This document shows positions 42,836 to 52,525 of a stretch of 64,000 bases of DNA, one piece after another. The first letter of the stretch is position 1; each line of letters starts with the position of its first letter. Below the pieces are notes generated by a model that saw only the letters and a program-made list of their open reading frames with translations, made no database searches and was not told the origin of the DNA. The DNA is from Clostridia bacterium (GTDB taxonomy: Bacteria > Bacillota > Clostridia > Oscillospirales > CAG-272): positions 193,870 through 257,869 of the forward strand of contig JAFTPD010000002.1 of the NCBI GenBank assembly GCA_017463485.1, written 5' to 3'. Position numbers and translations under genes: made by a program.

Positions 42836-43642
42836 ATGGATTATAAAAGACAGATACTCAGCTACACAAGACGTGCTGTTGACGATTATAAAATGATAAA
42901 TGAGGGCGACAAAATTGCCGTGGGAGTTTCCGCAGGCAAGGATTCGCTCACCCTTTTATGCGCATTGGCGGCGCTCAAACGCTTTTATCCCGCTAAATTC
43001 GAGCTTGAAGCCATAACGGTTGACATGGGATTTGAAGGTGGAGCGGATTTTTCGGGAATTGCACGACTGTGCTCAGAGCTTGACGTTCCGTATACGGTCG
43101 TTCCGTCCGATATTGCCAAGATAGTTTTTGACATACGAAAAGAGCCTAATCCCTGCTCGCTGTGCGCAAAGCTACGCCGCGGCGCGCTCAATAACGCTGC
43201 CAAAGAGCGTGGATGTACTACTGTTGCGCTCGGACATCACTGGGATGATGCGGTGGAGACCTTTATGCTCAATCTGTTTTTTGAGGGGCGTATCGGCTGC
43301 TTTAGTCCCGTAACTTATTTGTCAAGAGTAGACCTGACCGTCATAAGACCTATGATCTATATGCCCGAAAAGACGGTCAGCGCGTTTGCAAGACAAGCTG
43401 AGCTTCCCGTTATCAAGTCATCCTGCCCCGCCGATAAATCGACGGAGCGCGAGCAAATAAAGGCACTTTTGCAGGAATACGAGCATAGAGATCCACGGTA
43501 CCGTGGACTTCGCAACCGTATTTTCAACGCTATGCAAAAAGCCGAAATAGACGGCTTTAAGCTTCCCGACAGACGCCTTCCAGCATTTTCGGAGGAGAAA
43601 AATACACCACTTAAAAGCCTTGATCCTGAAAACGAATCTTGA
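42836..43642 (+). CDS. ttcA: PP-loop ATPase of the TtcA family (tRNA 2-thiocytidine biosynthesis-like)
   Basis: ORF 42722-43642 with the ATG at 42836. PP-loop VSAGKDS, CSLCAKLRRG and ...ALGHHWDD... Confidence 0.7.
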   Translation: MDYKRQILSYTRRAVDDYKMINEGDKIAVGVSAGKDSLTLLCALAALKRFYPAKFELEAITVDMGFEGGADFSGIARLCSELDVPYTVVPSDIAKIVFDIRKEPNPCSLCAKLRRGALNNAAKERGCTTVALGHHWDDAVETFMLNLFFEGRIGCFSPVTYLSRVDLTVIRPMIYMPEKTVSAFARQAELPVIKSSCPADKSTEREQIKALLQEYEHRDPRYRGLRNRIFNAMQKAEIDGFKLPDRRLPAFSEEKNTPLKSLDPENES

Positions 43643-43723
43643 TAATTGCGCATTTTGTATATTATATACAACATTTTAGCAAGCTAAAGCGCTAATTTCG
43701 TTTTATTTTAATTGAAATTTTGG

Positions 43724-43752
43724 TTGACAACTTTGCTTTACAGTGATATAAT
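43724..43752 (+). promoter_or_regulatory. Consensus sigma-A promoter of the his operon
   Basis: TTGACA (43724-43729), 17-nt spacer ending in TGa, TATAAT (43747-43752). Confidence 0.7.
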
Positions 43753-43788
43753 TTAGTAAAGTAAAGCGTTAAAGCGTGTGAGGATTAT

Positions 43789-44892
43789 ATGAAAACTAAA
43801 AACTACGTACAAAACGTGATTCCCAGAGGAACGCGCGATTTGATTTTTGAAGAAGCGATAGCTCCTCGTGTTCTCGGAAATTCATTGATGGATCTGTATT
43901 TGTCTACGGGCTTTAAGCCTGTGGAAACTCCCGTGACCGAATTTTATAACGTATTTGACCACGGCAAGCGCGATATCAGCGAGGACAGTATTTTTAAATT
44001 CAACGATATGACGGGCAACGGCTCGGGCAGGCTGGTAGCACTTCGCCCCGATAACACCTCGCCAATGCTTCGCGTTGCGACGTCCAAGCTTCGCGACGAG
44101 CAATTCCCTCTCCTTCTTTGTTATAGCCAGCCTATATTCCGCAACCACATTGCCTTCCACGCAAAGCGCGACGAGATACTGCAAAGCGGTGTTGAGATAA
44201 TAGGCGGGGATAAAACGGAGGGGGACCTTCGCGTGATGTTCACCGCTCTTGAATCACTGCGAGCTTGTACTGCGCAGAACGGATGTAATTTCAAGCTGGA
44301 AATAGGTCACGCTTCCCTTTTCGACGCTCTATTGTCAGATTACGAGATAACCGAGAACGAAAAGGAAAATCTGCGTGCGTATATATCGGCAAAAAACTCG
44401 GGCGGATATGCCTTTGAGCTTAATATGACCAATGAATATGCCACCCGACTTGCGCGTGTGCTTCCCCGTCTGTGCGGCGGAATTGAAACTATTGAGAAGG
44501 CTCGCACACTCTCCTCAAATAAAAAGGCGGGCGAGATTCTCGACTATCTTGAATCCGTTTACAATACCTTTTGCGAGGCGGGCTACGGTGATTATCTTAT
44601 GTTCGACCTCGGTATGGTACAAAAGATAAATTACTATACGGGACTTGTTTTCCGCGGTTATATCAGCGGTATTGGCGAGGCTGTGCTGTCGGGCGGCAGA
44701 TATGACGATCTAGCACGTGATTTCGGCTCTGAGGAGTCTGCATGCGGTTTCGGTCTTAACGTAACGAGTGCAGCGGAGCTTTCCCAAAAGCCTTTGCCTG
44801 ACATTAAGCCACTGTCGTTTACAAACGGTGCTGCAGACGTGATCCGTGCAAAACAGTTTGTTGAAAATAACTGCGGAGGTGACAGAAAATGA
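43789..44892 (+). CDS. hisZ: ATP phosphoribosyltransferase regulatory subunit
   Basis: 367 aa with a HisRS-like catalytic core (...GGRYDDLARDFG...) and no anticodon-binding domain. Overlaps hisG (ATGA). Confidence 0.88.
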   Translation: MKTKNYVQNVIPRGTRDLIFEEAIAPRVLGNSLMDLYLSTGFKPVETPVTEFYNVFDHGKRDISEDSIFKFNDMTGNGSGRLVALRPDNTSPMLRVATSKLRDEQFPLLLCYSQPIFRNHIAFHAKRDEILQSGVEIIGGDKTEGDLRVMFTALESLRACTAQNGCNFKLEIGHASLFDALLSDYEITENEKENLRAYISAKNSGGYAFELNMTNEYATRLARVLPRLCGGIETIEKARTLSSNKKAGEILDYLESVYNTFCEAGYGDYLMFDLGMVQKINYYTGLVFRGYISGIGEAVLSGGRYDDLARDFGSEESACGFGLNVTSAAELSQKPLPDIKPLSFTNGAADVIRAKQFVENNCGGDRK

Positions 44893-45542
44893 TTAAATTA
44901 GCTCTCACCAAAGGCAGGATCGAGCAAAAAGCTATTGATATTCTTGAAAATTGCGGTTACGACGTATCCGAGCTTCGCGACAAGGGACGCAAGCTTCTGT
45001 TCAATTGCCCTTACGTTGGCGCTGATACTGCCGCAGACGATTGCTTGCAGATCGTGCTTGCCAAGGCGGCGGACGTTATAACCTACGTTGAGCACGGTAC
45101 GTGTGACGCGGGATTTGTGGGACGCGATACCATTATGGAAATGGGCGGCGATTTTTACGAGTTGCTTGACCTTGGATTTGGCAAATGCCGCTTTGCTCTC
45201 GCGGGAATTAAGGGCAAGGATTTCTATGCGGGCTACGGTCACAAGGTCATTGCCACCAAATACCCCAACGTTACCGCAAAGTATTTTGCATCCCGCGGTG
45301 TCGAATGTGAAATCATCAAGATCGAAGGCTCGGTTGAGCTTGCTCCCATACTCGGACTTTCCGACGGTATTATTGATATTGTTGAAACGGGTGCTACCCT
45401 CCGCGAAAACGGACTTGAGGTGTACGAGGACGTAGCTTCCATTTCGGCGCGTTGTATTGTTAATAATGCATCTCTCAAGCTTCAGAACGCCGAAATCAAT
45501 GCCTTCCTTGACCGCATTTCCGAGTATTTGAAAAACAACTGA
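44889..45542 (+). CDS. hisG: ATP phosphoribosyltransferase (short form)
   Basis: 217 aa, MIKLALTKGRIEQKAIDIL...DIVETGATLRENGL... Confidence 0.92.
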   Translation: MIKLALTKGRIEQKAIDILENCGYDVSELRDKGRKLLFNCPYVGADTAADDCLQIVLAKAADVITYVEHGTCDAGFVGRDTIMEMGGDFYELLDLGFGKCRFALAGIKGKDFYAGYGHKVIATKYPNVTAKYFASRGVECEIIKIEGSVELAPILGLSDGIIDIVETGATLRENGLEVYEDVASISARCIVNNASLKLQNAEINAFLDRISEYLKNN

Positions 45543-45559
45543 TTACGAAAGGCTTCCCC

Positions 45560-46840
45560 ATGAAAATATACTACACTTCCCGCGGCGAGGAAAAAGAACT
45601 TTATTCACTGCTTTCCTCACGCGCCAAAAATGTTTCGGACGACATAACCGTTAAGGTTCGCGAGGTCATTGACCGCGTGCGTAGGCATGGTGACGAGGCA
45701 CTTTTGGATTATTGCGAAAGGTTCGACGGAGTTCGCCCCGAAAGCCTTTGCCTCGACCAAGCTGAAATTGACACTGCCGCGTCAAAGCTCTCCCCCGAGC
45801 TTTATGCGACAATGGAACGCGCGGCGGCAAATATTCGTGCATACCACGAAAAGCAGCTTTCCGACGGCTACGTTATGAAGCGCGGCGGCAAAACACTTGG
45901 ACGTATCGTGCGTCCCTTGAAGCGTGTTGGCGTTTATGTCCCCGGCGGAACTGCCGCATATCCTTCAACCGTTCTGATGAACTGCATCCCTGCTTCCGTT
46001 GCGGGTGTCGAGGAAATTATCCTCGTCACTCCTCCAAAGGCTGACGGGCTTAATCCCGCTATTGCGGCGGCGGCAAAAATTGCAGGTGTAACAAAGGTTT
46101 TTGCCGTTGGAGGCGCACAAGCTGTTGCGGCGTTGGCTTATGGAACTGAAACTGTCCCCGCAGTGGACAAGATCGTAGGTCCCGGCAATATGTTCGTTGC
46201 CGAGGCTAAACGACAGGTTTTTGGAACGGTTGCCATTGATATGATAGCAGGTCCTTCCGAGGTCTGCTGTGTTGCCGATTCTACAGCTCGCGCGGATTTC
46301 ATTGCCGCAGACCTTCTCTCCCAGCTTGAGCATGACAGAGCCGCCAGCGCGGTGCTTATCACACCCGACGAAAGCCTTATTTCAAACGTTCAAAAACAGC
46401 TTGAGCTTCAGCTTTCGGCGCTTCCCCGCCGTGAGATTGCCGAGGTTTCACTCGCCGATTATTCAGCCGCTATACTTGTAAAGGATATTGACGAGGCATT
46501 CAAGGTCGCTAACACTGTTGCCCCAGAGCATCTTGAAATAGTGACCGCCGACCCATTCTCCGATCTTGAAAAGGTAGAGAATGCGGGCAGTATATTCCTT
46601 GGTGAATATTGTCCCGAGCCTATGGGAGATTATTTTGCGGGTACGAATCACGTGCTTCCCACCAACGGAACGGCAAGATTTTCCTCGCCCCTGTCGGTCG
46701 ACGACTTCATAAAGAAGATGAGCTACCTTTCCTACACGAAGGAAGAATTTTTAAAGGATGCCGAGGACGTTATTGAATTTGCCGAGGTCGAAGGACTTGG
46801 AGCACACGCCAATTCGGTGCGAGTAAGATTGAAAAAATAA
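45560..46840 (+). CDS. hisD: Histidinol dehydrogenase
   Basis: 426 aa, ...VGVYVPGGTAAYPSTVLM...IDMIAGPSEV...SQLEHD... Confidence 0.95.
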   Translation: MKIYYTSRGEEKELYSLLSSRAKNVSDDITVKVREVIDRVRRHGDEALLDYCERFDGVRPESLCLDQAEIDTAASKLSPELYATMERAAANIRAYHEKQLSDGYVMKRGGKTLGRIVRPLKRVGVYVPGGTAAYPSTVLMNCIPASVAGVEEIILVTPPKADGLNPAIAAAAKIAGVTKVFAVGGAQAVAALAYGTETVPAVDKIVGPGNMFVAEAKRQVFGTVAIDMIAGPSEVCCVADSTARADFIAADLLSQLEHDRAASAVLITPDESLISNVQKQLELQLSALPRREIAEVSLADYSAAILVKDIDEAFKVANTVAPEHLEIVTADPFSDLEKVENAGSIFLGEYCPEPMGDYFAGTNHVLPTNGTARFSSPLSVDDFIKKMSYLSYTKEEFLKDAEDVIEFAEVEGLGAHANSVRVRLKK

Positions 46841-46856
46841 CTTTTAAGGAATTAAC

Positions 46857-47906
46857 ATGAGTTTTGTTTCAAAAAAAATGCAGGGTAAAGTCCCGTACGA
46901 GCCGAATTGCGGCAATTTCAGGCTTCGCCTTGATGCTAACGAAAGCCCCTTTCCTCTTGACGGTGGAGTAAGAAATAAGTTTATCGAAGCGCTGAATGAT
47001 ACTGATTCTGCGGTTTCCGCCTTGAACAGATATCCCGATCCGTCATCCCTCCAGCTTCGCCTTGCTTTTGCTAATAGGTACGGTGTGCCTGTTGAAAATA
47101 CCGTAGCGGGCAACGGTTCGGACGAGCTTATCAGCATCATTATGACGTCACTTATGGATAAGGGCGACACACTTGCAGTGGCAAATCCCGAGTTTTCCAT
47201 GTATGCCTTTTATGCACAACTCTCGGAAAATACCGTGTTTTACACCGACAAGGACGAAAATTACAGCCTTGATTCCCTGCTTTCCTTTGTAAAAGAAAAT
47301 AATTGCCGTGCAGTGATCTTTTCAAATCCCTGCAACCCCACGGGAATGGGATTTGACCGAAACGCGGTGCTGAATTTTGTGGAAAGCTGCCCTGCGCTTT
47401 GCATAGTGGATGAGGCGTATATGGATTTCTGGGATCAATCTATCCTTGATAGCGCAACGAAATTTGAAAATCTTATCGTTTTGCGTACTCTCTCAAAGGC
47501 TTACGGCGCGGCAGCTATCCGCGCAGGCTTTGCTGTAGGTCACAAGTCGCTGATAGATGCGCTTTCCGTAGCGCGCAGTCCATATAACGTAAACAGCATG
47601 ACTCAGCTTTTGGGTAAGCTGGTGCTTGAAAACGAGTCATCAAATAAGGGTCCATATCTCGCGGCACAAGCGCAAAAGCTTGCGGATGTATTGTCGAAGC
47701 TGTTGCCTGACGCTACATTCTATCCCACGCGCACCAATTTCGTTTACCTCAAAACCGAAAAAGCCAAGACGATATTCGACTCGCTTATCGCAGACGGAAT
47801 TGCCATACGGTATTTCCCTCCCTGCAATCTCCGTATAACCGCATCCACCGACGAGGAGCACGCCATACTCTGTAAGTCACTTGAAAATATCCTTAAATCT
47901 CTTTGA
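46857..47906 (+). CDS. hisC: Histidinol-phosphate aminotransferase
   Basis: 349 aa, ...RLDANESPFP..., ...NPCNPTG... and ...RTLSKAYGAAAIRAG... Confidence 0.92.
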   Translation: MSFVSKKMQGKVPYEPNCGNFRLRLDANESPFPLDGGVRNKFIEALNDTDSAVSALNRYPDPSSLQLRLAFANRYGVPVENTVAGNGSDELISIIMTSLMDKGDTLAVANPEFSMYAFYAQLSENTVFYTDKDENYSLDSLLSFVKENNCRAVIFSNPCNPTGMGFDRNAVLNFVESCPALCIVDEAYMDFWDQSILDSATKFENLIVLRTLSKAYGAAAIRAGFAVGHKSLIDALSVARSPYNVNSMTQLLGKLVLENESSNKGPYLAAQAQKLADVLSKLLPDATFYPTRTNFVYLKTEKAKTIFDSLIADGIAIRYFPPCNLRITASTDEEHAILCKSLENILKSL

Positions 47907-47921
47907 TAGAAAGGAAAGATC

Positions 47922-48533
47922 ATGAATAACAGAACTTCTGAAATCACTCGAAACACGAGCGAAACCAATATTACGCTTAAGCTCACTGTCCTTGAACCCA
48001 ATCTGAAGGGAGGATTTTACGGCACTACGGGTGTCGGCTTTATGGATCACATGATGTCCGCGCTTTGCGTACACGGTCACTTTGATATAAAGCTTCAAAT
48101 GTCGGGCGACCTTCAGGTTGACGATCATCACAGTATTGAGGATCTCGGAATCGTGCTTGGAAGCGCATTCGCCAAGGCGGCGGGTGACCGTGCGCGTCTT
48201 GCTCGCTTCGGTCAGGCTTGTATTCCTATGGATGAAAGCCTTTCACGCTGTGTTCTTGATATTTCGGGACGGCCCTACCTCGTATATAACGCTTCCTTTA
48301 ACTATCAGTATGTTGGCGAGGTTGAGGGTGCTATGGAGACCACTATGTTCAAGGAATTTTTCTATGCATTTGCTATGAACGCAGGGGTTACTCTCCACAT
48401 TGAAAATATATACGGTGACAATGATCACCACAAGATTGAGTCTATGTTCAAGGCATTCGCACGAGCACTTTGTATGGCGGCACGTATAAATGATGGCGAC
48501 GTGCTTTCCACCAAAGGAACGCTTGATGCATAA
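47922..48533 (+). CDS. hisB: Imidazoleglycerol-phosphate dehydratase
   Basis: 203 aa, ...RNTSETNI..., ...GFMDHMM..., ...DDHHSIEDLGI... and ...GDNDHHKIESMFKAFARAL... Confidence 0.95.
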   Translation: MNNRTSEITRNTSETNITLKLTVLEPNLKGGFYGTTGVGFMDHMMSALCVHGHFDIKLQMSGDLQVDDHHSIEDLGIVLGSAFAKAAGDRARLARFGQACIPMDESLSRCVLDISGRPYLVYNASFNYQYVGEVEGAMETTMFKEFFYAFAMNAGVTLHIENIYGDNDHHKIESMFKAFARALCMAARINDGDVLSTKGTLDA

Positions 48534-49164
48534 CGGTAAAAAAATGACACAAAACGGATTTGTTACTATTATTGACTACGGAATGGGCAATCTCCACAGC
48601 GTCAAAAACGCGCTGGATCACCTTGGGATACCCTGCCGAGTGTCTGACTCACCCGAGGACATAAAAGCCGCTGACAGGCTGATTTTGCCGGGCGTAGGGG
48701 CTTTCCCTGATGCTATGGCGGCACTTAAGAGAAACGGTCTTGACAAGCTCATTATCAAGCAGTGCCGTAACGGCAAGCCGCTACTCGGTATCTGCCTTGG
48801 TATGCAGCTCTTGTTTGACGAAAGCCTTGAATTTGGCGTTACTCGCGGACTTGGACTTATTGAGGGCAGAGTTGTTCCCATTGATGCGCACGGATTGAAA
48901 ATACCGCATATCGGTTGGAATTCCCTTTCCATCAACAAAAAAAGTCCCGTCATTGCAAATTTGAATGACGGTGCATACGTGTATTTCGTTCATTCCTTCC
49001 GCGCGGACACCGCTTCCGATAACGTCATAGCTTACACTCACTACGGTGAGGACATTCCTGCTGTTGTTGGTAGCTGTGACCTTCCCGTATACGGAGCGCA
49101 GTTTCATCCTGAAAAGAGTCACGACACGGGGCTTTCTATTATTTCAGCCTTCTGTGCTCTTTGA
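48526..49164 (+). CDS. hisH: Imidazole glycerol phosphate synthase, glutamine amidotransferase subunit
   Basis: ORF 48490-49164. I prefer the ATG at 48526 (RBS aaagga, 8-nt overlap with hisB); the alternative is 48544. ...IIDYGMGNLHSV..., ...GICLGMQLL... and ...FHPEKS... Confidence 0.9.
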   Translation: MHNGKKMTQNGFVTIIDYGMGNLHSVKNALDHLGIPCRVSDSPEDIKAADRLILPGVGAFPDAMAALKRNGLDKLIIKQCRNGKPLLGICLGMQLLFDESLEFGVTRGLGLIEGRVVPIDAHGLKIPHIGWNSLSINKKSPVIANLNDGAYVYFVHSFRADTASDNVIAYTHYGEDIPAVVGSCDLPVYGAQFHPEKSHDTGLSIISAFCAL

Positions 49165-49188
49165 TTTTAATTTTGAAAGGTTATTCCA

Positions 49189-49920
49189 ATGATTATTTTA
49201 CCCGCAATCGACTTGCTTGGCGGTCGCTGTGTGCGACTTGTCAAGGGCGAATATAATACTGCCGACAAGGTGGCCGAGGACGCGCTTCAGACCGCACTTT
49301 ATTTTAAATCTTGCGGTGCTGAACAGATACACATGGTCGATCTCGACGGCGCAAAGGACGGTGCGGCTTCGGCTCTTAACCGTCGTGCAGTCAGCGAAAT
49401 AATTGAAAAATCGGGGCTTGTGGTTGAGCTTGGCGGCGGCTTGCGCACAATGCGCGACCTTGACGAGGCGGCGGCTTGCGGAGTTCAGCGTCTTATTCTC
49501 GGCTCTGCCGCTACCGACCTGTCATTTCTGTCGCGCGCTATTGACAAATACGGTGACAGAATAACCGTCGGTATTGATGCAAAAAACGGTTACGTTGCAA
49601 CGGCGGGTTGGATAAATTCCACCGACCTTTATTATATTGACTTTGCAAAAAGCGTTATGTCAGCAGGCGCTTCGGGCATAATTTTTACCGACATCAGTCG
49701 CGACGGAACACTCTCCGGACCTAATTTGAATATGCTCGCAGAATTGTCTGCCGCTGTTTCCTCCTGCAATATCACTGCAAGCGGAGGAATTCACGTGCTT
49801 GATGACATCAAGGCGCTCTCCAATATGGGACTTTGGGGCGCTATCTGCGGAAAGTCTATATATGCTGGCACGCTTGATTTGAAGGCGGCTATCGACCACG
49901 CCGCAAACGGAGGGGCTTGA
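49189..49920 (+). CDS. hisA: ProFAR isomerase
   Basis: 243 aa, [22 protein letters not shown]...VELGGGLRT... Confidence 0.93.
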   Translation: MIILPAIDLLGGRCVRLVKGEYNTADKVAEDALQTALYFKSCGAEQIHMVDLDGAKDGAASALNRRAVSEIIEKSGLVVELGGGLRTMRDLDEAAACGVQRLILGSAATDLSFLSRAIDKYGDRITVGIDAKNGYVATAGWINSTDLYYIDFAKSVMSAGASGIIFTDISRDGTLSGPNLNMLAELSAAVSSCNITASGGIHVLDDIKALSNMGLWGAICGKSIYAGTLDLKAAIDHAANGGA

Positions 49921-49921
49921 T

Positions 49922-50692
49922 ATGCTTGCAAAAAGAATAATCCCCTGCCTTGACGTTAAGGATGGCAGAGTTGTCAAGGGAGTTAACTTCGTTGATCTGC
50001 GTGATGCGGGAGATATAGTCGACAACGCAAGATACTATAACGCACAAGGAGCTGACGAGGTCTGCTTTCTTGATATAACTGCGACGCACGAAGGCAGAAA
50101 AACCTTTGCTACGCTTGTTGAAAAAGCGGCTTGCGAGCTGTTCGTTCCCTTGACGGTGGGGGGCGGAATTTCTTCCGTTGATGATTTCCGCACTCTCCTT
50201 TTGGCGGGTGCTGATAAGGTTGCTGTCAATTCGGCGGCGGTTGTAAATCCAAAGCTTATCTCGGATGCCGCTGAAAGATTCGGCTCGCAATGCGTGGTTG
50301 CCGCTATTGACGCGAAGCGCGTTGATACAGATGCTGACGGAAAAGGAATCTATCACGTTTTCGTCCACGGCGGACGCAAGGACACGGGTATTGACGCTAT
50401 TGAGTGGGCATCTCGCCTTGAAGCGCTTGGTGCAGGCGAAATTCTGCTTACTACCATGGACGCAGACGGCACGAGAAACGGTTTTGACAACGACATCACG
50501 GGACGTGTCGCTCGCAACCTGAATATTCCCGTTATTGCTTCGGGCGGCGCGGGTAAGATGGAGCATTTTTACGACACATTTGAGTCGGGTGCTGATGCGG
50601 CACTTGCGGCTACCCTTTTCCACTATCGTGAAATGGAGATTCGCGAGCTTAAGGAATATCTCAAAAATCGAGGCGTGGAGGTGCGAATTTGA
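49922..50692 (+). CDS. hisF: Imidazole glycerol phosphate synthase, cyclase subunit
   Basis: 256 aa, [23 protein letters not shown]...LTVGGGI...DGTRNGFD...ASGGAG... Confidence 0.95.
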   Translation: MLAKRIIPCLDVKDGRVVKGVNFVDLRDAGDIVDNARYYNAQGADEVCFLDITATHEGRKTFATLVEKAACELFVPLTVGGGISSVDDFRTLLLAGADKVAVNSAAVVNPKLISDAAERFGSQCVVAAIDAKRVDTDADGKGIYHVFVHGGRKDTGIDAIEWASRLEALGAGEILLTTMDADGTRNGFDNDITGRVARNLNIPVIASGGAGKMEHFYDTFESGADAALAATLFHYREMEIRELKEYLKNRGVEVRI

Positions 50693-51012
50693 TGAAGGAC
50701 TATTCATTTTTGTTTAAAAAGCAACAGCTTGTGCCCACAATAGTTCAGGACGACACGACCGGCAAGGTGCTTATGCTCGCTTACATGAACGCCGAGTCTT
50801 TCGGGCTTACTATTGAGAGCGGAAAATGCACTTTTTTCAGCCGCAGTCGTAACAAGCTGTGGTGCAAGGGTGAAACCTCGGGACACTTTATGCTGGTCAA
50901 GCATATTTATTATGATTGCGATTGTGATACCATTCTGATAAAGGTAGATCCCGTAGGCCCTGCCTGCCACACGGGAAATGAAACCTGCTTTTACCGCGAA
51001 TGGGAGTTATAA
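50692..51012 (+). CDS. hisI: Phosphoribosyl-AMP cyclohydrolase
   Basis: The ATG at 50692 overlaps the hisF TGA. ...[21 protein letters not shown]..., ...[16 protein letters not shown]... and ...[11 protein letters not shown]...ACHTG... Confidence 0.92.
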   Translation: MKDYSFLFKKQQLVPTIVQDDTTGKVLMLAYMNAESFGLTIESGKCTFFSRSRNKLWCKGETSGHFMLVKHIYYDCDCDTILIKVDPVGPACHTGNETCFYREWEL

Positions 51013-51025
51013 TTGGGAGGAATAT

Positions 51026-51367
51026 ATGGAAAACAAAGATTCTCTTACAAAAATGTACGAGATCATCCTTGACAGAAAGGCTAACCCCGCTGAAGGCTCG
51101 TACACCTGCTACCTCTTTGAAAAAGGACTTGATAAGATCCTCAAAAAGGTAGGCGAAGAGTGTGCCGAAACTATTATAGCCGCTAAAAATGACGGCGAAG
51201 GCTCACGCGAGGAGCTGTGCGGCGAGGTCTGCGACCTTCTCTATCACGTCCTTGTAATGTGTGCGGAAAAAGGTCTTGATATCTCTGAAATACTTGCCGA
51301 AAATGATCGCCGCGCCGAGAAGATCGGTAATTTGAAGCAGATGAAAACGGTTGATAGAAATACCTGA
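51026..51367 (+). CDS. hisE: Phosphoribosyl-ATP pyrophosphatase
   Basis: ORF 50978-51367. The ATG at 51026 follows gggagg. ...SYTCYLFEKGLDKILKKVGEECAETIIAAKN...EVCDLLYHVLV... Confidence 0.92.
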   Translation: MENKDSLTKMYEIILDRKANPAEGSYTCYLFEKGLDKILKKVGEECAETIIAAKNDGEGSREELCGEVCDLLYHVLVMCAEKGLDISEILAENDRRAEKIGNLKQMKTVDRNT

Positions 51368-51388
51368 CGCTATTTATAATATTTTTAT

Positions 51389-51422
51389 GCCCTCGTTCTG
51401 TTTTGGAACGAGGGCGTTGTTT
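51389..51422. terminator. Terminator of the his operon (shared with the convergent XRE gene)
   Basis: Arms gccctcgttc (51389-51398) and gaacgagggc (51406-51415), then guuguuu. Confidence 0.7.
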
Positions 51423-52410
51423 AATTCTTTTTATATTTGTCAGCAATATAATCACAAATATTCATTATAACCGAAAATAATACGCCACCTACTGCAAATA
51501 CTAGCCAAGAGATATGCCATTGATTAGCAAGGAAGCTCCACGCAAGGTAGACTGCTATCAAAATCCCCCAGTATGCAAAGCCAATGACTTCTCGTAGACT
51601 GCTTTTGCTCTTTTCTTGCTCTGTATACTCTCCTTCCATCAGCAACTTTTGAAAACTTGCATTTTGTATTCCAACCACGATAAAAATTGAAGCGCCGCAG
51701 CCTGCCAACACCATAGTTACTGCCAGCATAAGTACGCAAACCATTTCATTTTCAGTAAACGCAGACACTATCAGCGGAACGGGTGAGAATATGCAAATAC
51801 ATGCTGCTACAATATTCCATCTGATGTATGTGCTTCTGAATTTTCTATGTCTTTCCGCAACCATTATTCTCACACCGTATTCGAGTTCAAAAGCTATTTT
51901 TTTATCAAGAAAAGCATAAGGTTCATTTTTAAATCCACACAAGAGGTAGATTGGAACAGCACACAATATGAGAGCAAATAGTACCACGAGTCCAATTACT
52001 GCGGCAACAGTTTCCGTTAAACCGAAAACTGAAAATTCGGAAGCCGCGCCCAAAACGATAAGTGTAATCGGCGAAAGGATACACAAAAATGTTGCAATGG
52101 CTATCAACCAAGATGCTTGTTTCCTTAGTTTAAGGTAAGTATCAGCCTCCTCTATAGCAACTTTCTTTACACGTGCATTATCAAAAATATTGTCTGTAAA
52201 CTCCTCGTCCTCAATCTCGTCTTTGAGCAAATAGTCAGTAGTAACACCGAATAGATTTGAAAGAACCAATATGTTTCCCAAGTCGGGAATGGTCTGAGCG
52301 CTTTCCCATTTTGAAACAGCTTGCCGCGATACATCCATTTTCTCTGCAAGATCCTCTTGCGACCAGCCTTTCTTTTTTCTTAATCGTATAATTTTGTCAG
52401 CTATAATCAT
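51421..52410 (-). CDS. Membrane-tethered XRE-family (HTH_3) transcriptional regulator
   Basis: 329 aa. The N-terminal Cro/C1 HTH is IIRLRKKKGWSQEDLAEKMDVSRQAVSKWESAQTIPDLGNILVLSNLFGVTTDYLL, followed by about six hydrophobic helices. AT-richer than its neighbours. Confidence 0.85.
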   Translation of the reverse strand: MIIADKIIRLRKKKGWSQEDLAEKMDVSRQAVSKWESAQTIPDLGNILVLSNLFGVTTDYLLKDEIEDEEFTDNIFDNARVKKVAIEEADTYLKLRKQASWLIAIATFLCILSPITLIVLGAASEFSVFGLTETVAAVIGLVVLFALILCAVPIYLLCGFKNEPYAFLDKKIAFELEYGVRIMVAERHRKFRSTYIRWNIVAACICIFSPVPLIVSAFTENEMVCVLMLAVTMVLAGCGASIFIVVGIQNASFQKLLMEGEYTEQEKSKSSLREVIGFAYWGILIAVYLAWSFLANQWHISWLVFAVGGVLFSVIMNICDYIADKYKKN

Positions 52411-52441
52411 AGGAACACCTTTCTTGCCTTTTAGATGATTA

Positions 52442-52470
52442 ATTATAACATAAAATTGACCTACGGTCTA
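52442..52470 (-). promoter_or_regulatory. Promoter of the XRE regulator gene, overlapped by a palindromic site
   Basis: On the minus strand: TAGACC (52465-52470), 17-nt spacer, TGtTATAAT (-10 at 52442-47). The palindrome ttgacc-tac-ggtc (52456-52468) covers the -35 and spacer. Confidence 0.5.
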
Positions 52471-52525
52471 CCAACTGATAGCTTTCAATATGTCAACCTA
52501 AGGTTGCATTACTCGTAAACAATAA

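Noticed and set aside
43666-43680. tgtatat-t-atataca as the terminator of ttcA.
   Set aside because: It is a palindrome with a 1-nt centre, so it cannot form a stable hairpin loop, and it lacks a T-tract. I kept it only as a possible protein-binding site.
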